Assembly: GCA_964035545.1 (NCBI GenBank)
Contig: OZ037770.1
Location: forward strand, 1,302,001-1,366,000
DNA: 64,000 nt
Reading direction: 5' to 3'
Origin: Bugula neritina
Taxonomy: Eukaryota > Animalia > Bryozoa
The notes beneath the pieces were generated by a model that was given only the letters and a program-made list of their open reading frames with translations, was not told the DNA's origin and did no database searches. Shown piece after piece: positions 61,601 through 64,000 of this stretch; within the stretch, counting starts at the first letter, position 1, and each line of letters opens with the position of its first letter. The position numbers and the translations under genes were made by a program.

Positions 61601-63123
61601 TTCTTACAAATTTTACTGAATGTTGTTGATTTAGGCCTTAAGCAAATATCTCCCCCCATGTAAATAACCTAGCAGAAATCTAGACTTAGTATTGTGATAA
61701 TGTATAAATTGAAAAGAATTGTTTTGTTTCAGAAGTGTTTATAAGCAATACAGCCTAATCATATAACAAAAGGAGTAGCATAAACATCCACACCAAATCA
61801 ATAAAACTCTCAACTAATAATCAATAAAAGGTTAGGGCGGAATAGTGCGTTGTACAGGGCAGAAAACTCTAAAAAACATTTATAAACTACTGCATATAAA
61901 GGCATTGAGTTGAACTTAAGTTGAAATAAATGTTAGAGCATATATCTTACAAGCAGACAAGTTCAATGAAGCATGCAATTTACAGAGTTGGCAAAAAAGA
62001 AAAATTCTGCTTTCCTCATAAAAGAGTAGAAATGGTGCTTCTGAAGAGCCTTAATATATACCGTACCAAAAAGGTTTGAGAATTTCCTAACTACTGAACA
62101 TAATGATAATGTCTGTATCTATAATAAACATATCAGATATGACTCAGTCAGAAACTAGTTCAACCCTCAAATTACTTATAATTAGACATCAGAACAGCCC
62201 TAATTATTACTTATGATTAAATGTTGTTACAGCCCTAGTTATTATTTATAACACAAGATCATCCCAGCACTATTTTATAATTAAATAGTTGACATAACTT
62301 TACTCAAGTAAATACAGTCACCCTTACAGGACTACTATCATATAGGTGTGAAAGGTGTGAAATATTATACAGTCTTGCTTAGCATTATATTCACTCAATA
62401 CGAGCTAAAAAGCACCAGAATTAAGAAAAGCAGAATCAAGAAAGAAAACTTACTATACTCTGAGATGTGGTGAACAGGTGAACATATTGATGGACTTCTT
62501 CAAACCTGGAAGACTCTCGAGACAGGAAACAGAAGATTTTCTCCTCTTTCACAAAAGCGCAGTAGCTGATCTGAGTGAGTGAGTTAGCTAGAAGTACGAC
62601 CTACCAAATAAATCCCCAGTAAAAGGTAGAAAGAGAAAGCTGGATACAAGCAATTAATGTTAATGGAGACAAAGTTAACCACATGCATTTGTAATGTGGT
62701 CTATTATATAATTCCCAATCAATCTGAAAGAATAATTTTTACATTATTCATAAACACAATTCATCCTTAAACTGTAATTAACCTTCTTTACAATTGTTTC
62801 TCCAAAAAATTTCAATATAAACAATCAAAACTCAACTGCATAGCTAACTTTAAAGTTTGGAATTTTTTCTCAACTCTTTTAGACAATTTTGTTTAAAAGT
62901 TCAACCTTTAAGGATCCTAATGTTTGGAAAAAACTGAATATTCAAATAGCGTGCTCTAGTAAAAAGCTTTAATAAATATCTTCAACTAATATAATACAGT
63001 AACTATAGCAGCTGATATAGCAGTATAACTTCTCACCTGTCCCCTATGATCAGTGACCTTCACCCCAGCAGCGGATATCGTAAACAATACAGGCACTTTA
63101 CCTACGGTCAAGTTGGCTTTCTT
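40637..63123 (-). CDS. SH2D5: PTB + C-terminal SH2 adaptor, SH2D5/EGFRAP-like (5' end beyond window)
   Basis: Exons 63123-63037, 62600-62454, 56323-56103, 55648-55537, 55140-54469, (51772/51748-51311), 47070-46916, 44052-43939, 41878-41704, 40894-40637 are in phase. PTB: VLFTISAAGVKV..VVLLANSLTQISYC..FCFLSR..YVHLF. SH2: PWFQPKLNR..GSFIIRES..CFALSV..IAHYII..FKIKG..HHTIMPELLPCTL. Confidence 0.82.
41213..41352 (+). mobile_element. Degenerate fragment of SINE family 1
   Basis: ATTGGTGATGCCAAGAAAAGCATCTAATCATAA resembles the family-1 body. Confidence 0.5.
43740..43880. repeat. 25-bp minisatellite (CTCAATGACTGACACATATGGCTGA)
   Basis: About 5 near-identical copies just inside the intron after the minus-strand donor at 43938. 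Confidence 0.9.
47616..47710 (+). mobile_element. Degenerate tRNA-like SINE, family 2
   Basis: TTACCTAGT leader, GATGTAGTAGTTAGCA A-box-like, GGTTCAATTCCCAG B box, T-rich end. Confidence 0.6.
58670..58846. repeat. (CTAGTTG)-type low-complexity repeat with a ~41-bp duplication
   Basis: TTGCTTGGTGAAATTGCTGATTGCTACTTGTCA occurs twice among CTAGTTG units. Confidence 0.8.
60007..60374. repeat. (ACACT)n pentanucleotide microsatellite
   Basis: About 70 ACACT/GCACT/ACATT units. Confidence 0.96.
60965..61060 (-). CDS. Candidate alternative first coding exon of the SH2D5-like gene
   Basis: ATG(61060 or 61036)...MSANNFSRKESLRASRLRACTSEY ends at a perfect GTAAGT donor in phase 0, matching the phase-0 acceptor at 56323. 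Confidence 0.45.
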
Positions 63124-64000
63124 CTAAAATGTGTGTAAATAACAAAACTTTAATCTACTTTATAATATAAAATGCTGTCAACTACTGCCACTCACTAAAA
63201 TAATTATTGTAGCTGTAATATTGACTTGATGTTTGGGCTTAAATCAACAATCAAAAGTTTTGGAGTTGCTTATCCTTGTTTCTCCATGAAAGTAAATAAA
63301 ATTGCAATAAATGATGTAAGTAATAAACTATAATTGATAATGCCAGAAAAGGCATTTGAACATAAATGCTTCTGTGCTACATGCAACTGAAAGTCAGGAA
63401 CCAACTGTTACCAACAGTTATGAAACAAGGAAATTCTTGCCATAACATATGCTAACTAAAGTTGTAGTGGTTTTATTCTGTAGATATTTGGACATCCAAA
63501 CAGTTTTGACATACATACTACCTAAATTACCTAAAACACTTCTTGTTATTACACTCTTTTACTTTCTATTGCATAGTCGGGACAAGTCCTATACACACTC
63601 ATCACGGTTGGTATCGCCAATAACACCGTAACTAGTTATTAATAAAAATGACACTTTTCTTTAAAATGTTATGGTACAACTAGCAGATTGATGTAGTGAG
63701 AATGCCATATTAATTCTATAAGTACAAGTTGATACGATATGCATGGACAAAAAATACTTAGAGGCCATAGCTCAAAGTCTTAAAATCTACACGCAAGTTA
63801 ATGGACATTTGTTTTTTTCCTTCCGTAGACCAAGGACAAACATGCAGGCTATCTTGAACTTGCTTCATGCTTAACGAGCCATCTGGTATTTCCTATTACA
63901 AGGTTAATCTAACAAGATCCTGCTCTCAGATTCAGTCAGAAGGTTAGCATAGCCAGCGAGTGAGGTTATTTATAGCTACTATGAAGAAGGAGATTAGTTT

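Overview
AT-rich, intron-rich animal genomic DNA. The style suggests an invertebrate, but the species cannot be fixed from sequence. Manual exon joining (GT-AG, phase-consistent) gives eight protein-coding genes. (1) The 3' part of a ZDHHC9/14/18-type palmitoyltransferase (+, <1-3129). (2) ODF3/CIMAP1 (-, 5022-11516) with an RFX X-box promoter. (3) An unrecognised 263-aa protein carrying a ciliary 'NWE'-like motif (-, 15960-18653). (4) HCCS (-, 19515-21437), head-to-head with (5) CCDC83 (+, 23708-28264). (6, 7) Two tandem, highly diverged BOK-like Bcl-2-family genes with matching exon architecture and no C-terminal membrane anchor (-, 31860-35155 and 35908-38265). (8) A PTB+SH2 adaptor of the SH2D5/EGFRAP type (-, 40637->63123). 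Mobile DNA includes a very young, internally deleted Gypsy-type LTR element (identical 173-bp LTRs, ATTAC TSD), two families of tRNA-derived SINEs, a MITE, and many exon-flanking micro/minisatellites. The most unusual signal is the Bcl-2 pair: one possible splice would place gene A, a single UGA-C stop and gene B in the same reading frame, suggesting a bicistronic or read-through double-Bcl-2 product. All gene models are read by eye and untested against databases or RNA.
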